Positions 11,205 to 21,737 of a stretch of 64,000 nt of DNA are shown here, piece by piece (within the stretch, counting starts at the first letter, position 1; each line of letters starts with the position of its first letter). Location of the stretch: NCBI GenBank assembly GCA_963695855.1, contig CAVOHZ010000010.1, positions 704,001 through 768,000 of the forward strand. Reading direction: 5' to 3'. The stretch comes from an uncultured Nitrososphaerales archaeon (GTDB lineage: Archaea > Thermoproteota > Nitrososphaeria > Nitrososphaerales > Nitrososphaeraceae). A program made the position numbers and the translations under genes. The notes beneath the pieces were generated by a model that did not search any database, was not told where the DNA came from, and saw only the letters and a program-made list of their open reading frames with translations.

Positions 11205-14200
11205 TTATAATTTATCCTTAGGAATAAGCCGTGGAGCAATATTAAGACTCATCATTTCTTGCAATAGTAATTTAAATGCATATGCTATCACAATAGTCGA
11301 GATTTTAGCCTTATCACCACATACTCTACAAACATGCCTTCTTTGTTTAATGTCGTAATAAGATAACAGACCACAACGTTCGCATATATTAACTTCTGCT
11401 TTGTCAGATTCTTCAAGTAATCTATCCTTTAACATCATTGAAGCTCCATAAGCAATCAAACAATCTCTTTCCATCTCTCCAAATCTTAAACCCCCTCCTC
11501 TCGCTCTTCCTTCTGTAGGTTGTTTTGTTAACATCTGAACTTGACCTCTAGCTCTACTATGGATTTTATCTGCTACCATATGATGAAGTTTTTGATAATA
11601 AACTATACCGATGTAAACATCTACTGGAAACTTCGATCCAGTTCTTCCGTCGTACATTTCTTCTTTGCCGCTATATTTTAGCCCGTATTGTTCCATAACG
11701 TCTTTAATATCATTTAATTTTTCTCCTAAGAATGCTGAACCGTCAACAACTTTACCGCGCAGGGAAGCGGCTTTACCCGCCAATGATTCCATGAATTGTC
11801 CAACTGTCATTCTTGATGGAAAAGCATGTGGATTAATCATAATATCAGGAACTATTCCATCTTTAGTATATGGAAGATCTTCTTGACTTACCAACATACC
11901 AAGAACTCCTTTTTGTCCGTGTCGTGATGCAAATTTGTCTCCGATTTCGGGTATTCGCATATCTCTCACTCTAATTTTATACATTTTTCCACCCTCAACA
12001 GATTGGGTCATTATTACACTATCAACAACACCATTCTCAGAGGGTCTTACACCTATCGAGGTGTCGCGCCTGTAAGGTCCTTTTACTTCAAATTCCTTAT
12101 ACTCTTCAATGAATCTTGGCGGAGATGTTCTTCCAATCAATATATCCCCACCTGAGACAATTGATTCGTGCATGATGGCACCATCTTGTTCCAATAATCT
12201 ATAAGCTTTTTCGCCCCTAAATCCACGGATATTTTCATCTGGAGAAGGTAATTCAAAAGTATCCTTCATTCCACCAGGATATTGTTTTGCTTCAGCTTCA
12301 TACACACGATAAAAGAATGTTCTACATAATCCTCTCTCAACTGATGATTTATTGAAAACTACTGCATCTTCTATATTATATCCTTCAAAAGGTAGAACAG
12401 CAACAACACAATTTTGCCCTGTAGGACGTTCATCGAGTCCAAGAAGATTTATTGCCTTGGTACTCACTACGGGGACTTGTGGATACAACATGAAATGTTG
12501 ACGCACATACGTACTAGCATTCATTAAAGGTGTAGAAAATCCTAGACTCTGTTTTGCCATAGCACTTTCATAGGTGTTTCTAGGAGATTGATTATGTTCT
12601 GGATATGGAATAACTGAAGCACCTATTCCCAAAATAGATGGAGGATATATTTCCATATGGGTCGTATTATTATCTATAGACTCAGAATCAATTGAAATTA
12701 GAGTGTTTTCCTCCTCGTTGGCATCTACAAGTTCAATGATTCCTATAGAAATTAGGTCGGCCCATGAAAGAAATTTTTTATTGATCTTTTCTACAACTTC
12801 TGATGTCATTAAAGATTTTCCATCTTTAACTATTGCAAGTGGTCTCAAAACTCTTCCCGAATTACAAGAAATATACAATCTCTTCATAGCATTTGAGTTC
12901 AGAGAAGAATAAAAGTAAATCCCAATGTGTGGATGTATTTTTCCGCTTCTTCTAAGAATTCGAAGAGTTATTGCCAAATGCAAACCATCTTCTATATACC
13001 CTATCAATTTGCCATCTACAAAAATTCTACAACCATTTTCTCTTAAATTTTCATCTGCATCATCTATATGTTGTGCTCTTAATTCATATAATTTTTCTAT
13101 TATTTCCGACGAAGAAACACTGACTGAAATTATTGCGGACAGAGCAAGATTCTTCACTAAACCACAATTTGATCCTTCAGGAGTTTCTGCAGGACAAATC
13201 CTTCCAAAGTGAGTAGTATGTAAGTCTCGAGCTTCGAAGTTTGGTTGACTTCTACTTAATGGAGATTGTATACGACGTAAATGACTGATTGTAGACATAT
13301 AATTAGTTCTATCCAGAAGCTGAGTTACACCTACTCTTCCTCTTCCCCAATTACCAGTGGCAATAGCGTTATTTAGCTTATCTGAGATTATTCCAGGTCT
13401 TATAGCAGCGGCAACAGCATTTATTCCTCTTTTTTGACCCGATCTTTCAAGCTGATACTTCATATCTCGTATAAGGTTACGAAATGCGGTTCGAAAAAGA
13501 TCAGCAAGCATTTGACCAGCAAATTTTATAACCTTGTTTCCATAATGGTCCTTATCATCATTATCAATCCAACCTAGTTTTAATTCTATTAATTTAGAAG
13601 CCGCTTCGCCTAAAAATAGAGCTTTTTCCCCACGGTTTTCTGGATTTTTACCTAAATGTGGAAGTAGCCCCCAATCCAATAATGTTTCTGCACGTTTTAT
13701 CTGAAATTCCTCCAGCATTCCCGGAGCAATTCTCTTACTAACATATATTATAGATTCTCTGCTTGAAGGAATCTCGCCAACTTTTTCAAACGACGGTTCC
13801 AATTCGTCCTGAACACGTTCGTTAAAGGAGACAGAATTAGCTATGTCCCGATCAGACTCAAGACCTAATGCTCTTATCAAGGTAATTAATGGAATATCCA
13901 CAGGAGATCCGGGTATTTTAGCAACTATGGAACCGTCTGGTTTCATTATAAGTTCCAGTTTTGCACGATAACCTACAATTGAGGAATATACCTTTGCCTT
14001 ATAGTTAAGAGTACCTGCTGTTTCCTCTGCATCTACAATTATTTTGTTGTAAGATAAATCCTCAAGACCTACAATTACTCTTTCAGAACCATTAATCACA
14101 AAATAACCTCCTGGATCTCGCGGATCTTCCCCTAATTCAATCAATTTCGATTCTGGCAAATTATGGAGAATACAGACATTCGATTTTACCATTACAGGCA

Positions 14201-14564
14201 TATCTCCGATGTGAATAAATCTGGATTCGATTATTCTTCCATCTTCCACTATACTACATTCAAGCATAATTGGAGAAGCATAAGTCAAATTTCTTAGTCG
14301 TGCCTCGACGGGGGCAACATGAGTGATTGAACCATCTAGTTCCATAATTCTAGGGCGTTGTAATTTTATTTTACCAAGTTTCAGTTTATAAGGAAATTCA
14401 GCTGTTTCTATCTCTACTTCATTTACTTCATCAATAATACTTTGAAGTCCAGATTCCATAAATTCATTATAGGAATTAAGGTGTTGTCTAGCTATTCCTT
14501 CACGTCTTAATATATCGTTTATGATTGGCCACATATCAACAGAAGTATTCATTATATTGACCAT
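11205..14564 (-). CDS. rpoB: DNA-directed RNA polymerase subunit B (Rpo2)
   Basis: GDKFASRHGQKG, GGLRFGEMERD and C-terminal Zn finger. Confidence 0.98.
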   Translation of the reverse strand: MVNIMNTSVDMWPIINDILRREGIARQHLNSYNEFMESGLQSIIDEVNEVEIETAEFPYKLKLGKIKLQRPRIMELDGSITHVAPVEARLRNLTYASPIMLECSIVEDGRIIESRFIHIGDMPVMVKSNVCILHNLPESKLIELGEDPRDPGGYFVINGSERVIVGLEDLSYNKIIVDAEETAGTLNYKAKVYSSIVGYRAKLELIMKPDGSIVAKIPGSPVDIPLITLIRALGLESDRDIANSVSFNERVQDELEPSFEKVGEIPSSRESIIYVSKRIAPGMLEEFQIKRAETLLDWGLLPHLGKNPENRGEKALFLGEAASKLIELKLGWIDNDDKDHYGNKVIKFAGQMLADLFRTAFRNLIRDMKYQLERSGQKRGINAVAAAIRPGIISDKLNNAIATGNWGRGRVGVTQLLDRTNYMSTISHLRRIQSPLSRSQPNFEARDLHTTHFGRICPAETPEGSNCGLVKNLALSAIISVSVSSSEIIEKLYELRAQHIDDADENLRENGCRIFVDGKLIGYIEDGLHLAITLRILRRSGKIHPHIGIYFYSSLNSNAMKRLYISCNSGRVLRPLAIVKDGKSLMTSEVVEKINKKFLSWADLISIGIIELVDANEEENTLISIDSESIDNNTTHMEIYPPSILGIGASVIPYPEHNQSPRNTYESAMAKQSLGFSTPLMNASTYVRQHFMLYPQVPVVSTKAINLLGLDERPTGQNCVVAVLPFEGYNIEDAVVFNKSSVERGLCRTFFYRVYEAEAKQYPGGMKDTFELPSPDENIRGFRGEKAYRLLEQDGAIMHESIVSGGDILIGRTSPPRFIEEYKEFEVKGPYRRDTSIGVRPSENGVVDSVIMTQSVEGGKMYKIRVRDMRIPEIGDKFASRHGQKGVLGMLVSQEDLPYTKDGIVPDIMINPHAFPSRMTVGQFMESLAGKAASLRGKVVDGSAFLGEKLNDIKDVMEQYGLKYSGKEEMYDGRTGSKFPVDVYIGIVYYQKLHHMVADKIHSRARGQVQMLTKQPTEGRARGGGLRFGEMERDCLIAYGASMMLKDRLLEESDKAEVNICERCGLLSYYDIKQRRHVCRVCGDKAKISTIVIAYAFKLLLQEMMSLNIAPRLIPKDKL

Positions 14565-14566
14565 TT

Positions 14567-14818
14567 CTAACCTTCTACCACATACCTGTAATATACACTT
14601 TCACCTGCAGTAGGACTTTTCCTAGTTATTCGTAATATATCACCTGGGCGTACGTCCAAGTCTTCTAGGCCCTTATCATTTGACATAATATACGGAAGCT
14701 GATTTGTTCTGACATTAAACTTTCTCAGTACTTGTTCAGCCTCTTCTTTAGAAAGAATTTCATGTTTAGGCTGATAAATGTGGTTGGTTACTTTCACAAC
14801 TTTCTTTTCTACTGACAA
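14567..14818 (-). CDS. rpoH: DNA-directed RNA polymerase subunit H (Rpo5)
   Basis: HIYQPKHEIL...RKSPTAGESVYYRYV. Confidence 0.95.
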   Translation of the reverse strand: MSVEKKVVKVTNHIYQPKHEILSKEEAEQVLRKFNVRTNQLPYIMSNDKGLEDLDVRPGDILRITRKSPTAGESVYYRYVVEG

Positions 14819-15008
14819 ATCATAGCCCCTCTACAAAATTTGGTAAAATAGTCCAATTTTTGGATAAAATATCTTTTGCACAATATTAAATACACAAAGT
14901 TCTGGCAGAAGGAGATATATGTAGTTTCTTACAATATTTAAAATTTATTTTGATTATTAATAGTAAATAATACGTAGGTATATTTGATTGCAAATAGTGA
15001 AAGAAAAA

Positions 15009-15106
15009 GGCCTTCGGAGGGATTTGAACCCTCCTCAAGCGGTTTCTATCTTTTGTAGAAAAAAGACCACAGCCGCCTATACTAACCAGGCTATACTACG
15101 AAGGCC
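15009..15106 (-). tRNA. tRNA-His(GUG) with G-1 and a 23-nt intron at position 37/38 (15044-15066)
   Basis: Reverse complement folds to a cloverleaf: acceptor GCCTTCG/CGAAGGC, anticodon stem GGCGG/CCGCT with CT-GTG-G, T arm GAGGG-TTCAAAT-CCCTC. Confidence 0.93.
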
Positions 15107-15195
15107 ACGCATTCATTGTTAGTAGGTTGTATTAATTAATCTTCAGTCTAGTTAAATATACTTAATTATAATATCATCGGAATTGTCAAGTTAAT

Positions 15196-16018
15196 TCACG
15201 AATTTATAATTCCACGTTTAATTACAGATAGTCCTAGTTTTTCTAACTCATTGCAAATAGCATTCATTCCTATAGAATCACCAGCTAGATGACCAAGAAC
15301 AACTAAGTTCCAATTCCCGTTTGCTTGTCGTAATTTAGTCAACTCATTATAATCAATATGTAAGTAAATGACTGTAGATATTCCATTTTCGAAATATGCT
15401 TTAGCAATATCAAAACCTCCGTTTGAACCAGCTGCAACAACTAAAACCCATTTTCCCAAATTATTTGTAGGTTTTCCATTACATACAGTTATACGCGTTA
15501 ATGAATTCTTGAATTCTGGTATTGCTCCAATTGCATTCACTAAATCAGAAACCGATACCAATTTTGATATTTCAATTTTCCTTAGAATAACTTGCCGCAT
15601 ACATTCATCAAGAGGTTGATGAATATTCAATAATGGCATTTTAAAAAGTTTTGACGTACTCACAATATCGTCATAAATAGCCGAATGTGATCGTAATTCT
15701 ACTTTTTCTTTTATTGTTTTGACTAATGAAATGGCATTTTTTCTCTTTATTCCATTATCAACCATATATTTCACATGTCTATCAAATACCTGATGAAATT
15801 GAAGTAGAGATATTCCTATTGGATGATGTGTTAAAATGCAATCACATTTAAGAGTCTTTGCTAGATATATCGATGTCAGATTGATTTATGTCTACAGAAA
15901 CAAATATCTTTTTAATATCTGTTCCATTTATATGAATTGCGCTATCAGGCGGGACTTTTTTCCAACTAGCAAGTTTTAGACCTATCTGCATAATGTCTTC
16001 TGTACTAATTCCTTTCAA
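15196..16018 (-). pseudogene. Nif3-like dinuclear metal-centre protein, frameshifted near 15870
   Basis: N-terminal part (..IKKIFVSVDINQSDI) and C-terminal part (YLAKTLKCDCILTHHPIG...GHLAGDSIGM) are in different frames; THHP and GH motifs of Nif3-like proteins. Confidence 0.7.
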
Positions 16019-16701
16019 CCGATATAGTATGACAAATGATCGAATTTGAATATTTTTTGTTTTGCAGATATTCTCATTTATCTGTCCATCTTCTTTATGA
16101 TATTGAAAAAAAGTAGACAAAAGTAACCAAAAATACCCTTGGAAATTGCCTTTCAAGTTGATGAATTTACGATTAAACTACCAAAGTCACGTAAAGAATG
16201 TCCTTGATGTATTGAGATCTAATTCCGTCCTTTAGTCTGGTTGACTGCAGACAGGATATAGTTTATAGTTACTGAAAAGATATAATTTGACGAATTTCGA
16301 AATATAATTTATTTTTTTAAAATTGACGCGTATATTAAGATACTTCCTCTTATTTCAGCAATTTTATTTGTTTTTGCTCTTATTTTTTAATAGAAATAAA
16401 AATGACAAAATGTTCAAAGTTAATTTATTTGATTTTTTCATTATAAATAATATTTTTCGGATAACACACTATATTGTATATTCTAAACTAGTTGCAACTA
16501 TATTATTTAATATTATTTAGATCTGAAGAATTTCTTTCGTGATTCGAGTATATGTTCTAAATTATTAACAATTGACAATTTATTAGATCAGAAATTAATA
16601 AAAATTCACAGAAAGAAGATTGTTATAAAAGAAAAAATAGAATTTATTTATAGTATTTAATAGAAAAAAAAATTTAAGTATCATGAATGTATATTATTAT
16701 T

Positions 16702-16857
16702 ATGATTGAACGAAGAAAGAGAAATTTTTATGATGACTTAACTTTAGAAAATATGAAGAGATATTTTCAGGTTGACGATCATTTTGAATTATTGAAATTT
16801 ATTAAAAAACATGGACTAAAAAACGATGATTCTGACCTTAACATAAAAGAACATTAA
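16702..16857 (+). CDS. Small hypothetical protein (51 aa)
   Basis: Manual translation MIERRKRNFYDDLTLENMKRYFQVDDHFELLKFIKKHGLKNDDSDLNIKEH; below the ORF-track cutoff. Confidence 0.4.
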   Translation: MIERRKRNFYDDLTLENMKRYFQVDDHFELLKFIKKHGLKNDDSDLNIKEH

Positions 16858-16918
16858 TTTTTTGAACCTGAGTGACTTAAAGGTCTAGTTGTTTTATATA
16901 AAATAGTGTATTCAGAAT

Positions 16919-17965
16919 TTACGGACAGCTCCTATTATCCTGAAAATATTCTTTGATCCATCGATCAGCATACCTAGAATAATTCTGCAAAACAACAATT
17001 CTAGAAATTTCACTTTCATCCATTAATTTATATTCATTAAGTGTTTTTACTAAAATCTCACCAAAATTTCTTATTTCTTTCATCTCAAGCATATGTTTTT
17101 GTTCCAATCTTTGGGTAGACATTCCGATATGCATATAAGATTTTAATTCTATAAAGTTGGGATTACCAATATTAATTAATTCAGCAAAATCAGACATATC
17201 TTCCAAATTATCGTTGTACCCTCTAATAAGAGTGACTCTTAATACTGTCCTTGTACTAATCTCAGAAATAATTTTAAGAGTGTTTAACCATCTATCCCAC
17301 GCATCTTTATATTTTGGTCTATTAATTTTATAAAACATTTTTTTATTTGAAGCATTAGTAGAGAGATATAATTGCGTTGGAAGTGCATCTTCTTTTATTA
17401 GTTTCTTTATCATTTCAGGTTCTTGACCATTAGTAACAAGAAAGATGGATTTAGTATTTTCTAACGATTTCAAATATTTGATCAAACCTGGTAATTTAGG
17501 ATACATTGTAGGCTCTCCGGAAAGAGATATTGCATAATGCGATGGAAACAAAGATTCATCTAGTTTCTTTTTGTCTGATTTTGAATTTCCGTAGAAACCA
17601 ACAATTAATCGTTCCCTTTCTTTCAATAATTGAGTCACAATAGCATCGGGTTCATCAACTAATTCTTCTGGCATTAATAAGGTATCATAAAATTCAGTTG
17701 GTCTCCAACAATACACGCATCGATTTTCGCAGTTCATTGCAGTTGGAGTCATTTCCATACATTGATGGGTTGAAATTCCATAAAATTTATGTTTATAACA
17801 ATCACCTTCATTATAGAAAGATTTTTTCGTCCAATGACATAATTCTACAGCCGAATGATTGAAAATGCCGTATTTAGCTTTCCTGAGTTTTTTTTCTAAA
17901 CTCGAAGTAATATGGATAACATTATTTTCATTGTCATGATAAACATGTTCATCAGAACAGCTCAT
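16919..17965 (-). CDS. taw1: 4-demethylwyosine synthase TYW1/Taw1 (radical SAM)
   Basis: CHWTKK, CYKHKFYGI, CENRCVYCWR (CxxxCxxC) and SLSGEPT motifs. Confidence 0.93.
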   Translation of the reverse strand: MSCSDEHVYHDNENNVIHITSSLEKKLRKAKYGIFNHSAVELCHWTKKSFYNEGDCYKHKFYGISTHQCMEMTPTAMNCENRCVYCWRPTEFYDTLLMPEELVDEPDAIVTQLLKERERLIVGFYGNSKSDKKKLDESLFPSHYAISLSGEPTMYPKLPGLIKYLKSLENTKSIFLVTNGQEPEMIKKLIKEDALPTQLYLSTNASNKKMFYKINRPKYKDAWDRWLNTLKIISEISTRTVLRVTLIRGYNDNLEDMSDFAELINIGNPNFIELKSYMHIGMSTQRLEQKHMLEMKEIRNFGEILVKTLNEYKLMDESEISRIVVLQNYSRYADRWIKEYFQDNRSCP

Positions 17966-18115
17966 TTATAGCATTAAAGATAGTCAAACTAATTTATACT
18001 TTAAAACTAGTTTGATAAAGTAAAATTTCTTATATAAATATTTGTTCGAATAGCATAATGAAATCTTTAATACATTGATTACTTTTACATATGGGATCAA
18101 AAATATTACACATAG

Positions 18116-18652
18116 TTGAAGACAATCGCGATCGATTTAGATTCAGTTTTAGCCGATGTAATGATTATTTGGATTGAGGAATATAATAGAATTCGTGGTT
18201 CCAATATCATCAAAAATGATATTACTGCCTGGGATATTCACACCATTTTACCGATAAATGATATTGAATGTAATATTCTGTTTTCAATGGTATGGAAAAA
18301 TAGATGGAAAGAAATACCCCCTACAAATAAAAATATAGAAAAAATTATAAGGGATTTGAATAAGGAAAATAGAATTTCGATAATAACTAAAAGAGAAAAG
18401 GATACGATTCCGTTTGTATATGAGTGGCTGAAGTACAATAATATAGGATATGACGACTTATTATTTGTTCCTGACAAAATTCCAAAAAGTGTATATCCAT
18501 TCAATTTTTTGATAGATGATTATCCAAATAATTTAGTAGATATTAAATTTCCAAAAAAAGGAATATTGTTTGATCAACCATGGAATAAAAATTTTAATTG
18601 GCCTAGAAGAATTCATTCCCTAGACGAAATAAGAACAGTTATTTGTTTCTAG
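18116..18652 (+). CDS. 5'(3')-deoxyribonucleotidase-like HAD hydrolase (NT5C family)
   Basis: IAIDLDSVLAD, LIDD and FDQPWN motifs. Confidence 0.8.
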   Translation: MKTIAIDLDSVLADVMIIWIEEYNRIRGSNIIKNDITAWDIHTILPINDIECNILFSMVWKNRWKEIPPTNKNIEKIIRDLNKENRISIITKREKDTIPFVYEWLKYNNIGYDDLLFVPDKIPKSVYPFNFLIDDYPNNLVDIKFPKKGILFDQPWNKNFNWPRRIHSLDEIRTVICF

Positions 18653-18662
18653 TACAAATTAG

Positions 18663-19001
18663 TTAAGAAAATTCCAATTCTATAATTGCTCGGTTTAAAA
18701 GTGAGGAAACGCCTGTATACTTTTTAATAAATTCTATTGTAGATTCAAACGAATCAACACCTCTATATCCTTCATCATACTTCATCAATACAATCCCTTT
18801 ATTTGTCCTAACATATAGTATAAATAAATAGTAATTTCCCAATTTTGTGTCATAATTCTCTACATACTGACTTAATATTATTTCCTCTATATAATACTCA
18901 TGAATGTACTTGATATTAGAAAGAACTTTTTCTGATTTTGTTGGGTTTTTTCCTTCTATTCTGCGAATATCAAAGTCAAGTATTATTTTTTTATTTTTCA
19001 T
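18663..19001 (-). CDS. Hypothetical protein
   Basis: 112-aa ORF overlapping the end of the upstream PurF-like gene. Confidence 0.65.
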   Translation of the reverse strand: MKNKKIILDFDIRRIEGKNPTKSEKVLSNIKYIHEYYIEEIILSQYVENYDTKLGNYYLFILYVRTNKGIVLMKYDEGYRGVDSFESTIEFIKKYTGVSSLLNRAIIELEFS

Positions 19002-20364
19002 ATTCTAAAAATCTGATCCATTCTGGAAACCACAAGTTACTTTCAGGAATGCCAATTCCTTTAGAGAGTAAGGAAGGAGAATTATAGAATATTTTTTCAC
19101 AACCAATCTCCCGAGAAACAAAAAAATTGAGCTGATCTAAATTCGATATTTTACCTACATATTTGTTGGCAAGAAAATCCCTATTATGAGTATACAAACC
19201 AACTTGTCTTCCATCAATAGTGGGAACATAACATACTATCACATTCACTTGTTTTACTCCATTTTTCTTGAGATAGTAAATGGTTTCTCTGGCTGTACTA
19301 CCTGTTTGTATGGTTCCTTGAATTGTAGCAATTTTTCTATTTTTAGTTAAATTTTCTATTATAAATTTTAACGACTTCCCTGTTGTTAAAAGTTTATTTT
19401 TACTTACTTGTTCAGAAAAATCTATCATATGATCAGAGTCATCATACCTGTCTTTTATTACCCCTTCAGATATTTCAAATTTTGAAAATTTGTTCTGTAA
19501 GCTTAATCCCATTCCCAATGCCATAGGTCTAGTATAGTCTGGTTCTGCATAAATGCTATCTAGATCCATCTCTAGGGGCAAACGATCAGCTTGTACTTTT
19601 CCGATATTTTTCCTTATTGAATAAATACTTTTATTGTTAAACATGGAAGTTACATGAGATTCTCGTATAAATTCAAAAGGATCTAGTAATTCTTTGTGGT
19701 CTTCAAGCGTAACTAAATCCTGAACATGATTTTTTAAACTTAACTTCATTAATTGTCCGGGTTTTATATTTACATAATTTAAATGTGGAAAAGATATCCT
19801 TAATGAATTCTCGGATGAAATAACTACAATGTTATCATCGGTGGCCATAATAAGAGGTTTAAATCCAGTACTATTTCGAAAAATAAATATTTCATTCTTC
19901 TTTTTAATAATAATATTTCCCCTGAGATGTCTATCTATAAACTCAGCTGCTTGTTCGCTATTTTTTTTTTCGGTAATTAATTTCATAAAAATATAGAAGA
20001 TTTGATACAATGGATCGAGTTTTTTTGTAGATCCGATGTGCGGATGAAGATATAACTTTTCTGTATCTACAAGAAAACCATCAATAGAGATATCGAGTAA
20101 ATTCATACTGGGAAAAAGAGGCGATCTTTTTGAAAGATATCCTACTGCACAGAATCCAGATAACTTTTTCTTTTTAATGGAAGCTAATAAAACATCGTCA
20201 GGTGGTAAAGAACCTTGGTTTTCGATGACATCGTCACCCATCATCAATTTCCAATAAGCTTTTCCTCTATGTTGAAGCATCCTCATACCACGTATAAGGT
20301 AAAATATGGTCGTATCAGAACTTTTATTTTCGTTGTAGTTATAAACCGCGATTAATCCTGCCAA
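18991..20364 (-). CDS. Divergent amidophosphoribosyltransferase (PurF)-like protein lacking catalytic residues
   Basis: LQHRG, FRNSTGFKPL, VISSEN and FEFI resemble PurF; N-terminal Cys and the VDDS PRPP motif are absent. Confidence 0.75.
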   Translation of the reverse strand: MAGLIAVYNYNENKSSDTTIFYLIRGMRMLQHRGKAYWKLMMGDDVIENQGSLPPDDVLLASIKKKKLSGFCAVGYLSKRSPLFPSMNLLDISIDGFLVDTEKLYLHPHIGSTKKLDPLYQIFYIFMKLITEKKNSEQAAEFIDRHLRGNIIIKKKNEIFIFRNSTGFKPLIMATDDNIVVISSENSLRISFPHLNYVNIKPGQLMKLSLKNHVQDLVTLEDHKELLDPFEFIRESHVTSMFNNKSIYSIRKNIGKVQADRLPLEMDLDSIYAEPDYTRPMALGMGLSLQNKFSKFEISEGVIKDRYDDSDHMIDFSEQVSKNKLLTTGKSLKFIIENLTKNRKIATIQGTIQTGSTARETIYYLKKNGVKQVNVIVCYVPTIDGRQVGLYTHNRDFLANKYVGKISNLDQLNFFVSREIGCEKIFYNSPSLLSKGIGIPESNLWFPEWIRFLEYEK

Positions 20365-20534
20365 AGATCTGTTTTTTGATTGTTAGAAAAGATATAAAAG
20401 TTATCGAGTGCTAAAATGAAGCTAATATTCATAAAAATAATAGAAGGAAACTATCAGCGATGTTACGAAATAATTATAACAGAGAATTTAGCAAAATAAA
20501 AAAATGGTTTAATGTTATATTAGTAAATTAGAAT

Positions 20535-21737
20535 ATGTTAATTGGAATTATTGGGAAAGCGAATGTTGGCAAATCAACTTTTTTTAATGCTTTAACAGAT
20601 CAATCTGTTACGTCAGCAAATTATCCTTTTACCACAATTCAACCAAATATAGGGATTAGTTATCTAAGAAAAAAATGTGTTTGTAGAGAATTTGGTGTTC
20701 AAGATAATCCGATCCACTCAATATGTGTTGATGGGAATAGATTTGTTCCAGTGAAATTAATAGATATAGCTGGTTTAGTTCCAGGAGCTCATTTAGGAAA
20801 AGGACTTGGCAATAAGTTTCTAGATGATGCAAGACAGGCCGATGCATTAGTTCATGTTGTAGATGCTTCTGGATCGACCGACCCCGAGGGACATATAATA
20901 GATATATCCAAGGGAGACCCTCTGTACGATATAAAATTTGTAGAAGAGGAATTTGATCGCTGGCTATTTTCTATAGTTAGCAGAGAATGGAATAAGACTT
21001 CAAGAGATATGATTAGTCAAAAAATGAAAATTGAACAGATACTGACAAAAAAATTGTCGGGTTTGTCTATAAAAATGGACAATATTGTAGAATCCTTGAT
21101 GGAGTTGAATTTAAAGAACAAGAATCCTGATTTGTGGACAGAAGAAGAATTACTATCTTTTGTAAGAATAGTTAGAATGAAATCTAAACCTTTACTTATT
21201 GTTGCCAATAAAATAGACATAAAATCTTCTATGAAAAATATATTGAAGATTAAAAAAGAAATAGACAGAATAGTAATTCCATGTGCTTCAGAAGCAGAAT
21301 TAGCTTTAAGAAGAGGAATGAAAAAGGGACTATGGTATTATTTACCAGGCGATAAGGATTTTCAAATAAAAAAAAAAGACCTCAATGAACAGCAACAAAA
21401 GGCGATATTGATGATTAAATCAATATTGATGGAGAATGGGTCTACCGGAGTCCAGAAAGCCATCAATACTATATGTTTTGATCTCATGAAGATGATTATT
21501 GTTTACCCTGTAGAAGATGATGTTAAATTATCAGACAAAAATGGAAACGTACTTCCACATGCGTTACTAATGCCTAAAGGTGCCACTGCAAAGGATCTTG
21601 CTCAAGCGATACATGCGGATTTGGCAAAGGGGTTTATGTTTGCAATTGATGTTAGAAATAAACAAAGAATAGCAGCAGATTATAAACTGGAGGATAATGA
21701 TGTAATTAAAATAGTTTCATCGACGTCAAGGGGGTAA
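20535..21737 (+). CDS. ychF: Obg-family ATPase YchF with TGS domain
   Basis: GKANVGKST, NYPFTTI, DIAGLV and NKID motifs. Confidence 0.92.
   Translation: MLIGIIGKANVGKSTFFNALTDQSVTSANYPFTTIQPNIGISYLRKKCVCREFGVQDNPIHSICVDGNRFVPVKLIDIAGLVPGAHLGKGLGNKFLDDARQADALVHVVDASGSTDPEGHIIDISKGDPLYDIKFVEEEFDRWLFSIVSREWNKTSRDMISQKMKIEQILTKKLSGLSIKMDNIVESLMELNLKNKNPDLWTEEELLSFVRIVRMKSKPLLIVANKIDIKSSMKNILKIKKEIDRIVIPCASEAELALRRGMKKGLWYYLPGDKDFQIKKKDLNEQQQKAILMIKSILMENGSTGVQKAINTICFDLMKMIIVYPVEDDVKLSDKNGNVLPHALLMPKGATAKDLAQAIHADLAKGFMFAIDVRNKQRIAADYKLEDNDVIKIVSSTSRG

Noticed and set aside
15044-15066. Intron in tRNA-His
   Set aside because: Short introns at canonical position 37/38 are common in archaeal tRNAs.
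16323-16520. 65-aa hydrophobic ORF in an AT-rich spacer (similarly 26495-26680, 31864-32103, 37829-38017, 48079-48306)
   Set aside because: Low-complexity F/L/I/N-rich translations typical of non-coding AT-rich DNA or antisense to IS relics.
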